This document shows, piece by piece, positions 19,542 to 30,094 of a DNA stretch of 64,000 nucleotides (the stretch's first letter is position 1; the number at the start of each line of letters is the position of its first letter). The position numbers and the translations under genes were made by a program. The notes beneath the pieces are model-generated. The model made no database searches. It was not told the DNA's origin and saw nothing but the letters and a program-made list of their open reading frames with translations. The stretch is from an uncultured Lachnospiraceae bacterium (lineage in GTDB: Bacteria > Bacillota > Clostridia > Lachnospirales > Lachnospiraceae), in the NCBI GenBank assembly GCA_910584205.1, contig CAJUAA010000013.1:7197-71196 (forward strand), in the 5' to 3' direction.

Positions 19542-20540
19542 TTACATTTTTTCATCCGGCATTTCCCCCGTCAAAACCGGCTCCTCCGAAAGGATCCGAA
19601 CCGCAATCTCCCTTGCCGCCGCGCTGGACACATCCCTGTCTTCTTTCTGCCCCAGATAGACGCAGAAATACACCTCCTTTTCCTCATATTCCGCAAACCC
19701 GGTAAACCAGGCGTTCACGACGATTCCCTGAGCCATGCCCATCCCGGTCTTTCCGTAGATCAGCGGCGCTGTCTGCTCCTGACCCTCCAACAGCATGACC
19801 TTCTTTAATTCCCTTCTGGTTTCCTCCGAACAGACAGAATCCTCCCCGAAGATGCGTTCCATCACTTCTGTCTGCTCTCTCGGTGAAATCAGCAGAGACG
19901 ATTCGAGCCAGAATCCGGTCAGCGCACGATTGTTGTTATTCGTATTCAACCGCCCCTCCCAGTCGGAGATATCGCAGTTTCCATAGGAAAGTTCCTCCAG
20001 AACCTCCTGCATCCGCTCCTGTCCAATCTCATCAATCACTTCCCGAAAATACCAGACGCAGGAGGCCCGGAACGCATCCGGAAAGTCAATATCCCGGTTC
20101 CACTGCTCATTCCAGAAAATCTCTCCGCTCCACGTACGGGTGGACTGTTCCGGATGAAACAGACCGTCTTCCAGCGCAGCCAGAGACGAGACGATCTTAA
20201 AAGTAGAACACGGAGAACGTCTGATCCGGGCAAGCTCTTCATTGTAAATCAGATACCGGCCAGCAGCAGCATCATACACCACCGCCGCCCCGTTCAAACC
20301 GTCAAAATATCCGGACCAGTCCATACTGATAACTTCCGGATCCTGCACCTCACTGCCGGACGGCATCTCTTCCTCTCTCTCCGGCGGCAGCAAAATCTCT
20401 TCTCTTTCTTCCGCTTCTATCTCTTCATTGACCGGCTCCTTCTCTTCTGCAGCAGGCGTCTGACTGCGTGAACAGCCAATAAGCGCTGCTGCGCCAAAAA
20501 CAAGCAGGCCGATCCGAATCCTGTATGTCCATTTTTTCAT
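19542..20540 (-). CDS. class D beta-lactamase-like / penicillin-binding transpeptidase-domain lipoprotein
   Basis: Lipobox LIGC; STFK, SCV, YGN, FWL and KTG motifs. Confidence 0.82.
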   Translation of the reverse strand: MKKWTYRIRIGLLVFGAAALIGCSRSQTPAAEEKEPVNEEIEAEEREEILLPPEREEEMPSGSEVQDPEVISMDWSGYFDGLNGAAVVYDAAAGRYLIYNEELARIRRSPCSTFKIVSSLAALEDGLFHPEQSTRTWSGEIFWNEQWNRDIDFPDAFRASCVWYFREVIDEIGQERMQEVLEELSYGNCDISDWEGRLNTNNNNRALTGFWLESSLLISPREQTEVMERIFGEDSVCSEETRRELKKVMLLEGQEQTAPLIYGKTGMGMAQGIVVNAWFTGFAEYEEKEVYFCVYLGQKEDRDVSSAAAREIAVRILSEEPVLTGEMPDEKM

Positions 20541-20671
20541 AATTAATCATTTTTCCTTTCACACTGGTACAGGCAGACACAGAAAATCCGTGTGCCCTGA
20601 ATCGTTTATACCTCTGATTATAAAATAGCCGCCTGCTGTTTTCAACGCACACTTATATTAAATTTTCTGAA

Positions 20672-20700
20672 TTGACGCTTATATCTTTTCAGGGTATACT
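20672..20700 (+). promoter_or_regulatory. sigmaA promoter
   Basis: TTGACG-17 nt-TATACT upstream of the acetyltransferase gene. Confidence 0.65.
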
Positions 20701-20771
20701 GAATTTCACCAGATACTTCGTTTTTACAAGTCTGCTATCCGAATTCAAAGAAATTTCAAAGGAGACAAACC

Positions 20772-21371
20772 ATGACCGAAAGAGAAAAAATGCCTGCCGG
20801 GCAGCTTTACGACTGCGGCGATCCAGAGCTTCTGGCTCAGTGGCATAAGGCAAAAGACCTGATCCGGAACTACAATCAGGCAGATTCCGCGGACGCGCAG
20901 ACAAAAGACCGGATCCTCTCTGAACTTCTGGGAGGCAGAGGCAAAAACCTCTGGATCACCGCTCCGTTCTATGCTGACTATGGAAACAATATTTATTTTG
21001 GAAATAACTGTGAAGTGAACATGAACTGTACGTTTCTGGACGACAACCGGATCGTCATCGGCGACAACGCGCTCATTGCCCCCAACGTACAGATCTATAC
21101 CGCCTTTCATCCCACCAGCGCCGCAGAGCGCTTCGGACCGCCCCGGGAAGACGGTTCCTTTGCATTCTGCAAAACGCAGACCGCCCCGGTAATCATCGGA
21201 GACAACGTATGGACCGGCGGCGGAGCTGTCCTGCTGCCCGGCGTCACCATCGGCAGCAACACCGTCATCGGCAGGCGTACTCTATCTCATAATCAATTCC
21301 CAGAAGGCTTGCCCGTAAAAGCACGAAAATATTCGTTGAGCAATGTTCTGTCCTCCTGCTGTTGTGATTGA
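20772..21371 (+). pseudogene. sugar O-acetyltransferase (Maa/LacA family), 3'-truncated
   Basis: MTEREKM..G.LY, DYGNNI, IAPNVQIYT..HP and PGVTIGSNTVIG, then an unrelated AT-rich tail from ~21273 in place of the AGSVVT...GNPA end. Confidence 0.72.
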
Positions 21372-21436
21372 CTTTATTTTAACATTCTTATATCGAAAAA
21401 TTTCAATATGATGTGCAAAAACAACCCGGTCCGCTC

Positions 21437-21985
21437 TCATCTTCCGAACAATATCATGCTGAAATAAACGACCGTATCTCCTCCGTAATTCCAGCACAGC
21501 CCCATCTCCTCCGCCAGCTGCATAATCACGATCCCGTGACTCTCCAGGGAGGACAGGCGTTCCTCCGGATGACGGCACGGCTCCTCCGGGCAGGCGCATT
21601 TCTCACAGATGGCGCATCCGGTGGACAGCATATAAAAATCCCCCATTTTCCCGTTCAGTTCCGCCCGGATCTTCCTGCTGATCTCTTCATGACTGCTCTT
21701 TGCACGCAGACAGACCTCCTTATCCCATGCATTCTCCACCTCAACTACTGTTGAAAAGAGGAAAAAGTTCCGGTACTGCCGGCATTTGTCGATATTTTCA
21801 CAAACATCCCCGCAGTAAGGCGGACACGCCCAGGAATGTCCGTAGCGCTCACAGTCCGTTTCGCATATATACCGTACCTTATCCGAAAAAGGGATCTGGC
21901 TTGTATCCCCGAAACAGTACTCGCAGACTGGATAAGACAGTGCGATTGACTCTATGATCTCCTTTTTTTCCTGTTCTGTTTTCAT
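21437..21985 (-). CDS. DUF2284 domain metal-binding protein
   Basis: C...C..YG.SWACPP, GCAICEKC, CRHP and SLESHGI motifs. Confidence 0.82.
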   Translation of the reverse strand: MKTEQEKKEIIESIALSYPVCEYCFGDTSQIPFSDKVRYICETDCERYGHSWACPPYCGDVCENIDKCRQYRNFFLFSTVVEVENAWDKEVCLRAKSSHEEISRKIRAELNGKMGDFYMLSTGCAICEKCACPEEPCRHPEERLSSLESHGIVIMQLAEEMGLCWNYGGDTVVYFSMILFGR

Positions 21986-22105
21986 ATTTTCAGCCTTTCT
22001 TTTTCCTGCCATATTTTTGGTTCTTGACCAGATTCAGTTCCGCCATAACCATACCTCATCTATTGTATTTGTCTTTCGATTCACAATCTGCGATTCCCAT
22101 TATAT

Positions 22106-23785
22106 TTATACTGTCCTTATTTTCCTTATTAACAGTACAGGGCTTATTAAATTGCAATCACCTGAATTTCCCAACAGTTCTGCAGCAAACCATCTCGCAG
22201 CATTTGTGTTTCCTTCGCAGAAAATACGGCCTTCTTTACGTAATTCGCGCAGCAATATTTGAAGTTGACCGCGATTATGTCCTGGCAGGACCTGATAAAG
22301 TTCTTTTAACGGCGTTCCTTCTCTTCCATTATTACGTATGTGTTTCAAAAGCAATTCTTTATTTGTTTCCCGATCTAATCCGACCATTCGCGTATGAACA
22401 CCAGATTTTCCTATGGCACTATACAGACTACGGGCAAGAACATATTTACTGCGTCCTGTATGTTCCACAATCCCCAGATCTGTTAATCGTTTAAGCCGCG
22501 ACCTCAGGTTCTCCGTCAAACCCATTTCATGATAAAGCGCATGGATCACCAGAAAATCACTGGTTGAGAGTATTTCCAGCTGCTCATTACCAATCTTGTT
22601 AATGACTGAAAGCATATTTTTGTCTATAACCAGTCCGTTTAATGTAATACTGACAAAACTGTCGTCTGTACCGACAAAATCCGGCAGCTGTTTTGCTTCT
22701 TTAATACTCAACTCATAGATAAGATTCATGCCCTGACCAGAGCGTTCCACCAGTCCGCAAAGGGCAAGGATCTCCGCAATACGACGATTACGCGGCACTT
22801 GTCTGTCAAGAATATTATCAAGAGAAATACCATTCGGAAACCCGCCCGGGCTTTCTACCACAAGCCGGTCCTGATACTGACGGATAAATACACTTCCGCC
22901 CATTTGATAATTTCGATGACTTACGGCGTTCAAGATTGCCTCTCTCACTACCCGCTCATTAAAAGTAGGAATATCATAAACAAAGAAGCCTTCCTGATAA
23001 TGCTGTTTATTATTTCGCAGATTGATAAGTTCCCAGAGCCTGTCATAACAGGCGAAAAATCCAACCCGAAACTCTTCCCGTTGACTGGCTGGCCCCGACG
23101 CCTCTGACGAACGGTACTCAAATATAATTTCCGCCTGCGGCAAATATTTTCCAAGCGATTTCCGCTTTCCAAAAAGCGCAAGTGCAGCATAGGTGATTCC
23201 ATCCTCGGTAACTGCTTCGCAGTCACGAAGGAGCTGTTCAACAGACAAACTCCCAAGCCTTTTATTACCGCTTTTTTCAATCCATCTGGTACGAAATGTT
23301 TCAATCGCGTTTTCATCCAGATCACTCATATCTGCAGCAGCACAAACACTGCCGGAAAAGTCAAAGCCTGTCTCCTCATAAATCCTGCGCCGAATCTTTT
23401 CCGGCATCGGAATCAGGCTGTCTCCTTCGTACCACCACGCCACGCCATCAGCCTGCACAGGCAAACCAGCCGGACGACCTGCCACCTCAAAGACCAGAAC
23501 ACGTTTGCCTTCATAATCATAAATCTGAAAATCCACCATAACTTTCAGCTTGTCGATCAAGCCTCTGCGTGTACGCTCCGGCTGTTCAAAAGCGGCACTT
23601 CCCACAACCTGGCGAGGACGCTTGTCAGTGATGCCAAATACCAGCCTGCCGCCGCCGCAATTTGCCAACACACAACAACATCGAACCGCTTCGTTTGCAT
23701 CAAACCGTTTTTTTGCTTCTTTGAACTGGAACTGCTCGCCTTCTTTTACTTCCAGCAATTCCTTTATTGTAATTGGATTATGCAA
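22106..23785 (-). CDS. AlbA_2 (Schlafen-like) + HATPase_c_4 (RecG C-terminal-like) + HTH protein
   Basis: EGEQFQFKEA...LAN.GGG.LVFGI; REAILNAVSHRNY, ESPGGF, PRNRRIA and VERSGQGM motifs; TTG start after GGAGGAGG. Confidence 0.85.
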   Translation of the reverse strand: MHNPITIKELLEVKEGEQFQFKEAKKRFDANEAVRCCCVLANCGGGRLVFGITDKRPRQVVGSAAFEQPERTRRGLIDKLKVMVDFQIYDYEGKRVLVFEVAGRPAGLPVQADGVAWWYEGDSLIPMPEKIRRRIYEETGFDFSGSVCAAADMSDLDENAIETFRTRWIEKSGNKRLGSLSVEQLLRDCEAVTEDGITYAALALFGKRKSLGKYLPQAEIIFEYRSSEASGPASQREEFRVGFFACYDRLWELINLRNNKQHYQEGFFVYDIPTFNERVVREAILNAVSHRNYQMGGSVFIRQYQDRLVVESPGGFPNGISLDNILDRQVPRNRRIAEILALCGLVERSGQGMNLIYELSIKEAKQLPDFVGTDDSFVSITLNGLVIDKNMLSVINKIGNEQLEILSTSDFLVIHALYHEMGLTENLRSRLKRLTDLGIVEHTGRSKYVLARSLYSAIGKSGVHTRMVGLDRETNKELLLKHIRNNGREGTPLKELYQVLPGHNRGQLQILLRELRKEGRIFCEGNTNAARWFAAELLGNSGDCNLISPVLLIRKIRTV

Positions 23786-23862
23786 TGAAGTTCCTCCTCC
23801 ATATATTTACACCATATTGTCATAACATATCGTTACTTTTGCTTTCTCTGCCGGAACCCTCC

Positions 23863-24930
23863 TCACACAAACACATACGTTTTCAGACGCTCCATGGCCT
23901 CCATCACCTGGCTGTGCGGCAGCGCAAGGTTCATGCGGATAGTAAAGGGCCTGTGAAACGGGCGGCCGTCCTGCCACGCAACACCCACATCCCATCCGGC
24001 TTTCAGAAGATCATCCAGCGTTCTCTCCCGTTCCCTGCACCAGAGGGCGCAGTCCAGATACAGCATATAGGTTCCCTGCGGCTTTGCAAACTCCACCTCC
24101 GGAAAATGCTCCCACATATACTCGCATGCGTCGTTCACATTCCGGCTCAGGACCTGGCACAGCTCGTCCACCCATTCATGGCCTTCCGGCCTGTATGCTC
24201 CGATCAGGGCGTGCATGGACAGGACGTTCTGTGAATTGTAATGGCATAACGAAGACTGTTTTCTCAGTCGGTCTCTCAGATATTTGTTATAAACAATATG
24301 ATAAGAACAGGTCAGGCCAGCCAGATTGAACGTCTTGGTCGGCGCGTAGACGGAGATCGTCCGGTTTCCGGCGTCCTCCGATACCGTCTGGGTCGGGATA
24401 TGCCGGTGTCCGTTCAGCAGCAGGTCCGACCATATCTCATCCGAAATCACGATGCAGTCATTTTCCCTGTATACCTCCATCGCCTTCTCAAGTTCCCACT
24501 GCTCCCACACCCTCCCTGACGGATTGTGTGGAGAACAGAACACCGCCAGATGGATGGCGTATTCCTTCAGTTTCCGGTCCATGTCCTCATAATCCATGCG
24601 CCAGATCCCGTCCTCATCCCGCACCAGATCGCTGAACACCAGATGGTAGCCATGATTCTGCAGCGCTTCGGTAAAACCGATATAGGCCGGCGCGTGCAGC
24701 AGGATATGGCCGCCCGGGGAACAGAAGGCGCCCGCTGCCGACATCACGCAGCCCAGCACGCCGTTTTCATAACCGATCATCTCACTGGTAAGGCCGGTGA
24801 CGTGATTCCGTGTCTCCTGCCAGCGGATGATCGAAGCAAAATATTCTTCACTTTCCCGGAAATATCCAAACAACGGATGGCGGGCGCGGGCGATCAAAGC
24901 CTCCACCACCGTGGGAACCGTGGCGAATTT
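23863..24930 (-). pseudogene. MalY/PatB-family PLP-dependent C-S lyase/aminotransferase lacking its N-terminus
   Basis: CSPHNPSGRVW, SDEIW.D, APTKTFNLAG and PQGTYM motifs; RBS AAAGGAG is followed directly by ...TTC GCC ACG GTT CCC with no ATG and no PMWVADM segment. Confidence 0.7.
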
Positions 24931-25060
24931 CTGATCTGCTCCTTTGTCTGTCGCTGTACTGTTCAGTATAGCACAGACACCGGAAAAATGCGAGAAGGAT
25001 CAGCCGCCGGAATGAAGCCTGGAATGAAGCCGCAAAAATAAGCCCGGCCATGAATCAACG

Positions 25061-25090
25061 AAAAAACAGCGGAGGGCAGCCCCCGCTGTC
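25061..25090 (-). terminator. rho-independent terminator
   Basis: CAGCGGGGGCTGCCCTCCGCTG then TTTTTT on the minus strand, after the sugar operon. Confidence 0.7.
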
Positions 25091-25112
25091 TTGTCTTCTG
25101 TCTGTTTTTCTG

Positions 25113-26117
25113 TCAATCTTTCGGTGATTCCTGTACCGTTCCCTTCAGGGAAACCATACGTATCTCTACCCGATACGCCTTTTTCTCCCCTGGTTTCAGG
25201 AATTTCAGCATCCCGGTCCTGCGCATGACGTCCCGGCCGTCCGGATAGCAGTTTCCGCATTCCAGCCCGAGCACATAATCCCGGACTCCCATCATCTTCC
25301 ATTCCACAAACCCGTCCAGCTCTCCGGCATCAAAACGGATCTCCAGCCCCAGTCCCAGTTTGGGCTGGCAGATGGACGCATATCCGTCCCGGCCGGAAAA
25401 CCGGTGATAATAACACCGCTCCTGATACCCCGCCGTGGGCTTCTCCATCTGCATCCAGTTTGCAAGGTCCGCCGCCGCATGATCGTCCCGCGGACGGACC
25501 TCCGCAGACGGAATGTTCACGATACTGTCTTCATCCAACAAGGGATATCCCATGTTCATATGGTAGAGGACCTCCAGCGGTTCCGTCCGGTCTCCTGTAT
25601 TCTCAATGACATCGCAGATCGTAAAGGCATTCTCCATCGTAGAAACCCGCACTTCCCGCTCCATCCGGAGTTTCCGGCCGAAGATCGTTTCATCTTTGAC
25701 CGTTGTATGCACCACGAGCATTCCTTCTTCTTCTGTCCAGTACGCCTGTTCGCAGGGCAGGTTGGCAATGGAGCCGTGAAGAGGCAGCTCCTCTCCCTCA
25801 TCCACGCACGGGCTGCCCACCGCCTGCAGCCCGCAGGTGGTCAGAAATCCGGCGGTAAACGACTGCAGCCAGTTGCTGCCGACGCTGTCATAATACGCCG
25901 GGGCCACATAGCCGCAGGGCGACAGATAGCTCATATTGATCCCCCGAAACCGCAGTCTTGTAATATCCCCCGCCCGGTCAGGAGAGACCGTAAGCTCCAG
26001 CCCTCTTCCATTGCTGATCTCATACAGGCGCATCCCGTCGCCCTTTCCTCCCACCAGCCGGTGTTCCTCGACTCCGTACAGCTGGGAATCGTGTCCAATA
26101 TACGGATTCATAACCAT
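25113..26117 (-). CDS. aldose 1-epimerase family protein (DUF4432)
   Basis: GFLTTCGL, LPLHG, LYHMNMG and YVLGLE motifs. Confidence 0.85.
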   Translation of the reverse strand: MVMNPYIGHDSQLYGVEEHRLVGGKGDGMRLYEISNGRGLELTVSPDRAGDITRLRFRGINMSYLSPCGYVAPAYYDSVGSNWLQSFTAGFLTTCGLQAVGSPCVDEGEELPLHGSIANLPCEQAYWTEEEGMLVVHTTVKDETIFGRKLRMEREVRVSTMENAFTICDVIENTGDRTEPLEVLYHMNMGYPLLDEDSIVNIPSAEVRPRDDHAAADLANWMQMEKPTAGYQERCYYHRFSGRDGYASICQPKLGLGLEIRFDAGELDGFVEWKMMGVRDYVLGLECGNCYPDGRDVMRRTGMLKFLKPGEKKAYRVEIRMVSLKGTVQESPKD

Positions 26118-26141
26118 ACCTCCTCTTTGTCTCTGTTCCGC

Positions 26142-27641
26142 TCACACAAGCGGCCGCACCGCTTCGTATATCCTGCGGTAGCGCTCGTATACCTGCATAT
26201 AGCGTTCATGCATGTCCGGGCGGGGCATGTACGTTACGGTCTCCTCCACCATATACTCCGCCGCCTCTTTCAGATCCCGAAACGCTCCGATGGCAACCCC
26301 TGTAAGCATGGCGCTGCCAACCGTCCCCGCGTCCGCGGTCTCCAGAGCCGTGATGGGAAGGTTCAGCACATCCGCTTTCATCTGCATCCAGACGGCGGAA
26401 CGGGCGCCTCCTCCTGTAGCGTTCAGCTTTTCGAAATGGACGCCGGATCCTGCAAGCGCCCGATAATTCAGATACATCTCATATGCGACCCCTTCCATGC
26501 ATCCCCGGTAGATATCCGCCGCCGTGGATTCCGTGGTAAGCCCCAGGATCACGCCTCTGGAACCGGTATCCATGTAGGGAGTCGCCGCTCCTGCAAAATG
26601 AGGCAGCACCAGAAGATCCCCCGGGCCGTCCGCCCTCTGTTCCAGATAGGTCTTCTCCAGCAGCTCATGGACCGGTATTCCCTGCTTTCCTGCCTGCTCC
26701 TGTTCCCCCTTTGCAAGCTTTTCCACACACCACTGGATCAGTGCACCGCCCGTATAGGAAAAGGCATATGCCACATAGGTTCCCGGCACCACATACGGCA
26801 CCACGGAAAAATATCCTTCGTACATCCGGTCAATATCCGGCATCTCATCATAGATGGGCGTCAGACATTCCACGGTCCCCGCACCGTCCACCGCCACGCT
26901 TCCGTCAAAGGCTCCCGCTCCCACGGCCGCCGCCACCTGGTCATGGCTGACCGTGACAATCTGCGTCCCGGCGGACAGCCCTGTCCGTTCCACCGCTTCC
27001 GGAAGGATGGTCCCTGCGGCGCTTCCCGTGGGAACGCATGCAGAGAACAGGTCCCGGTCGATCCCAGCCGCTTCCAGCACCCGGCCGCTCCAGTCCAGTG
27101 CATGGATGTCAAACGCCATGGTCCTGGCAGCCAAAGAATAGTCGATCTGCGCTTTCTTCGTCAGATGGAACACCACATAGTCCTCCATCAGAAATATATG
27201 TCCTGCCTCATGATAAATATCCGGCCGATGCTTTTTCATCCACATCAGCTTGCAGATACTGTACATCTCATGGGGCCGAAGGCCGGTGATCCGTGCAATC
27301 TCTTTCGCTCCCAGCCGCTCCGTAAGCTCCTGACACTCCTCGCTTCCTCTGGGGTCCGTATACAGCATGGCAGGATGCAGCGGATTTCCTTCTTCATCCG
27401 TCAGGACAAAGGTCTCTCCAAAACTGGTGACGCCAAGCCCCCCGATATCCGGATATACGGCCGTCATCTCCCGGAGAACCGCACAGACTCCTTCCATCAA
27501 TACGGAAATATCGATCTCGTGGCTTCCCACCGCCCGCCGCACCGGATAATCGCGGTATGCCTTCCCCAGATAGTTTCCCTGTTCGTCGAACACCGTGCAT
27601 TTGCAGCCGGTGGTCCCAATATCAAGCCCGGCTATTTTCAT
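26142..27641 (-). CDS. FGGY-family carbohydrate kinase (xylulokinase-like)
   Basis: GLDIGTTGCK, HDQVAAAVGAG, GAGT, LPHFAGAATP and GGGARS..W.QMKAD motifs. Confidence 0.92.
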   Translation of the reverse strand: MKIAGLDIGTTGCKCTVFDEQGNYLGKAYRDYPVRRAVGSHEIDISVLMEGVCAVLREMTAVYPDIGGLGVTSFGETFVLTDEEGNPLHPAMLYTDPRGSEECQELTERLGAKEIARITGLRPHEMYSICKLMWMKKHRPDIYHEAGHIFLMEDYVVFHLTKKAQIDYSLAARTMAFDIHALDWSGRVLEAAGIDRDLFSACVPTGSAAGTILPEAVERTGLSAGTQIVTVSHDQVAAAVGAGAFDGSVAVDGAGTVECLTPIYDEMPDIDRMYEGYFSVVPYVVPGTYVAYAFSYTGGALIQWCVEKLAKGEQEQAGKQGIPVHELLEKTYLEQRADGPGDLLVLPHFAGAATPYMDTGSRGVILGLTTESTAADIYRGCMEGVAYEMYLNYRALAGSGVHFEKLNATGGGARSAVWMQMKADVLNLPITALETADAGTVGSAMLTGVAIGAFRDLKEAAEYMVEETVTYMPRPDMHERYMQVYERYRRIYEAVRPLV

Positions 27642-27731
27642 CCCGATCCCTCCAAATCTTCTTCCTGACAGCCCCGGAGCGTGTCTGCGTTCCCGGCATG
27701 CAGATGCCGGGAATGCATCTGCAAACACGTT

Positions 27732-29138
27732 CTAACCATCAATATCCACCCAGTCATATCCCAGATAGACCGTAAACGCCTCTTTCAGAATCTCTTTCAT
27801 GTGGCCAGCTCCCACAGAGGTATGGTGCTTGAATCCGCCTCTGGCAAGCCGGATCATCTTGTCCTGCATATCCGGAATCTTGCAGACGCCTCCGCAGCCG
27901 AAGAACGCATCCTCGATGGGATCGTCCGTAAATTCCGCCTCGCTGGCATAGACGACGATCTTCCCGTCCTTCGTCTGGCAGTTGGAGAGCGTCACCTTTC
28001 CCGGCCGGATCCGCCCCTCATTGGTCCCGCATCCGGAACCCGGATCTGTCTTGTCGAACATTTTATGGCTGGTGACCCTTCCCCGATCGGTCATGAGGCT
28101 TTTAGGAACCGGCCCGCAGTGGAACAGGATCACCTTGTTCTCGTCCTCCCCGTAATTGTTGTTCCAGTCCAGCACAGTCGTGGGCGTCTCGCCGGCAAGC
28201 GCCATGGCGCGCATGGTGACGGCAGAACACATGTCGATCTCACAGGACGCGGCAATGCCCCGGTCATTTAACTCGGACAGCAGCACGCAGGGACACACCC
28301 GGAGGATCTCCTCCATCTCATTCCAGCAGCGCAGGGCAATGGCGTCCAGATGATAGGTGCGGATATACTCGTCGATCACTACCGAGATTTTTGCCAGCGT
28401 CCGTTTTTTGTCCTCCGGCACGCCGGAAAAATCCGAGTAGGCTTCCAGATCCGCCTCTTTCTTCCTCACCGTTTCATCGTCATCCGCCAGCTTCCCCACC
28501 TTGAACACCAGTTCGGACAGGTCGAAGGATTCCACATTGATCCCATATTTCTGCATGGTGATTTCATCAAAACGGACGGTTTTAAACGCCGTCGTTCTGG
28601 CTCCGATGCAGCCGATATTGCAGCGCTTCATCCCGTTTACCACCCGACAGACGGCGGCAAAATCTTTAAGATTCTGCGCAAACGCCTCCGATAAAGGATG
28701 CACCACATGGGGTTTCATCACCGTAAAGGGCACCTGATATTGAGTAAATACATCCGTCACGGAGAATTTTCCGCAGAACGCATCCCGCCTGTGGGCAAAA
28801 TCCATCTTTCCGATCTCGTCCGGATACGCCTGCATGAGGATCGGCACGCCCGCATCCTGCAGGGCGGTGATGGCGCCGTTCTCATCCGCGAAGATCGGCA
28901 TGGAAAAGATCACGCCGTCGTACTGCCCTTCATGTTCCTTCAGCCATTTTGCATACAGAAGCCCCTCGTCCCGCGTCTCGATCCCGCCGAACCGGGTAAG
29001 CTCCGCGTCCATGGCAATATAGTCATAGCCCGCATCCGTCACCGCTTTGGTCATATCCTCTCTGGCGCCGTAGATCAGTTCTCCCGGCATAAACCCCCGG
29101 TTGCAGAACGCCAGCGCAAATGTCATCTTTCTTCCCAT
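27732..29138 (-). CDS. L-fucose/L-arabinose isomerase family protein
   Basis: RRDAFCGK, LRCW, SCEID, LFHCGP and FKHH motifs. Confidence 0.8.
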   Translation of the reverse strand: MGRKMTFALAFCNRGFMPGELIYGAREDMTKAVTDAGYDYIAMDAELTRFGGIETRDEGLLYAKWLKEHEGQYDGVIFSMPIFADENGAITALQDAGVPILMQAYPDEIGKMDFAHRRDAFCGKFSVTDVFTQYQVPFTVMKPHVVHPLSEAFAQNLKDFAAVCRVVNGMKRCNIGCIGARTTAFKTVRFDEITMQKYGINVESFDLSELVFKVGKLADDDETVRKKEADLEAYSDFSGVPEDKKRTLAKISVVIDEYIRTYHLDAIALRCWNEMEEILRVCPCVLLSELNDRGIAASCEIDMCSAVTMRAMALAGETPTTVLDWNNNYGEDENKVILFHCGPVPKSLMTDRGRVTSHKMFDKTDPGSGCGTNEGRIRPGKVTLSNCQTKDGKIVVYASEAEFTDDPIEDAFFGCGGVCKIPDMQDKMIRLARGGFKHHTSVGAGHMKEILKEAFTVYLGYDWVDIDG

Positions 29139-29224
29139 GGTAAAATACTCCCTTCTTTTTTCCGTTGTCGTAGAAACGGCATTCCATTTTTCCGTTTATC
29201 AATTCTGGATCATATGGAGAACCG

Positions 29225-30094
29225 TCAGCACATGGCGAACTGGCGCATGGCCTCTTTTACATTCTCCTTCATGGCCCGTACCGCCGCCAGGGACAGGGAG
29301 GAAAAGAAGACCGGCTCCCCTTCTTTCAGGCCCTTCAGGCACGCCAGCGCCCCGCTGCCGCCGGCTTTATCCATATAGGTAAAATAATTCACCTTCCGCA
29401 CGCCCGCTTCGATGGCCTTCTGGAAATCCTCTCTGCTGACGCCGGAACCGCCGTGCATGACCACCGGAATATTCCCGGTGCGTCTGCGCACCCCGCGCAC
29501 CACGTCAAAATCCAGCTTCGGCTCTGTAAGGTAGATGCCGTGGGTAGTGCCAAAAGAACAGGCGAGGGCGTCGATTCCCGTCTCTTTTACAAAGTCTGCC
29601 GCAAGCTCCGGGTCTGTATAGATCTTTGTCTCATCCTCCGCGCCGGAACCGTCTCCCGCCCCGGACTCCCTTCTGCCCATGGAACCCAGCTCCGCCTCCA
29701 CAGAAGCGCCCGTCCGGGCCGCCATCTCCACCGCTTTCTTCGTGTTCGCCAGATTTTCCTCATAGGGAAGCACCGACCCGTCGTACATGATCGAAGTGAA
29801 GCCCAGCTCCAGCGCCTGCTTAAGGTACGTGAGCGTCTCCCCATGGTCCAGATGGACGCACACCGGAACGGATGCCTTTTTTGCCGCTTCCACCATAACC
29901 GGCCCGATCACGGAAAGCGAAAGCCATGGCTCATGGCACTGGGCAAACTGGACGATGACCGGAAGTTCCAGTTCATCCGCCGCCTCCAGCACCGCCTGCA
30001 GGCTTTCCAGATTGGGCGTATTGAAGGAACCGACGGCAATCTTCCGTTCTTCGGCAATCTTCATGATTTCCTTTAATGTGACTAACAACTGCAT
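29225..30094 (-). CDS. class II fructose/tagatose-bisphosphate aldolase
   Basis: VHLDHG, SIMYDGS, VEAELG, GTTHG, VMHGGSG and KVN motifs. Confidence 0.92.
   Translation of the reverse strand: MQLLVTLKEIMKIAEERKIAVGSFNTPNLESLQAVLEAADELELPVIVQFAQCHEPWLSLSVIGPVMVEAAKKASVPVCVHLDHGETLTYLKQALELGFTSIMYDGSVLPYEENLANTKKAVEMAARTGASVEAELGSMGRRESGAGDGSGAEDETKIYTDPELAADFVKETGIDALACSFGTTHGIYLTEPKLDFDVVRGVRRRTGNIPVVMHGGSGVSREDFQKAIEAGVRKVNYFTYMDKAGGSGALACLKGLKEGEPVFFSSLSLAAVRAMKENVKEAMRQFAMC

Noticed and set aside
25009..25031. Tandem GGAATGAAGCC repeat
   Set aside because: Two copies only, near a terminator; no function supportable.
25404..27668. 754-aa plus-strand ORF
   Set aside because: Antisense shadow of the FGGY kinase and epimerase genes, which carry clear family motifs.
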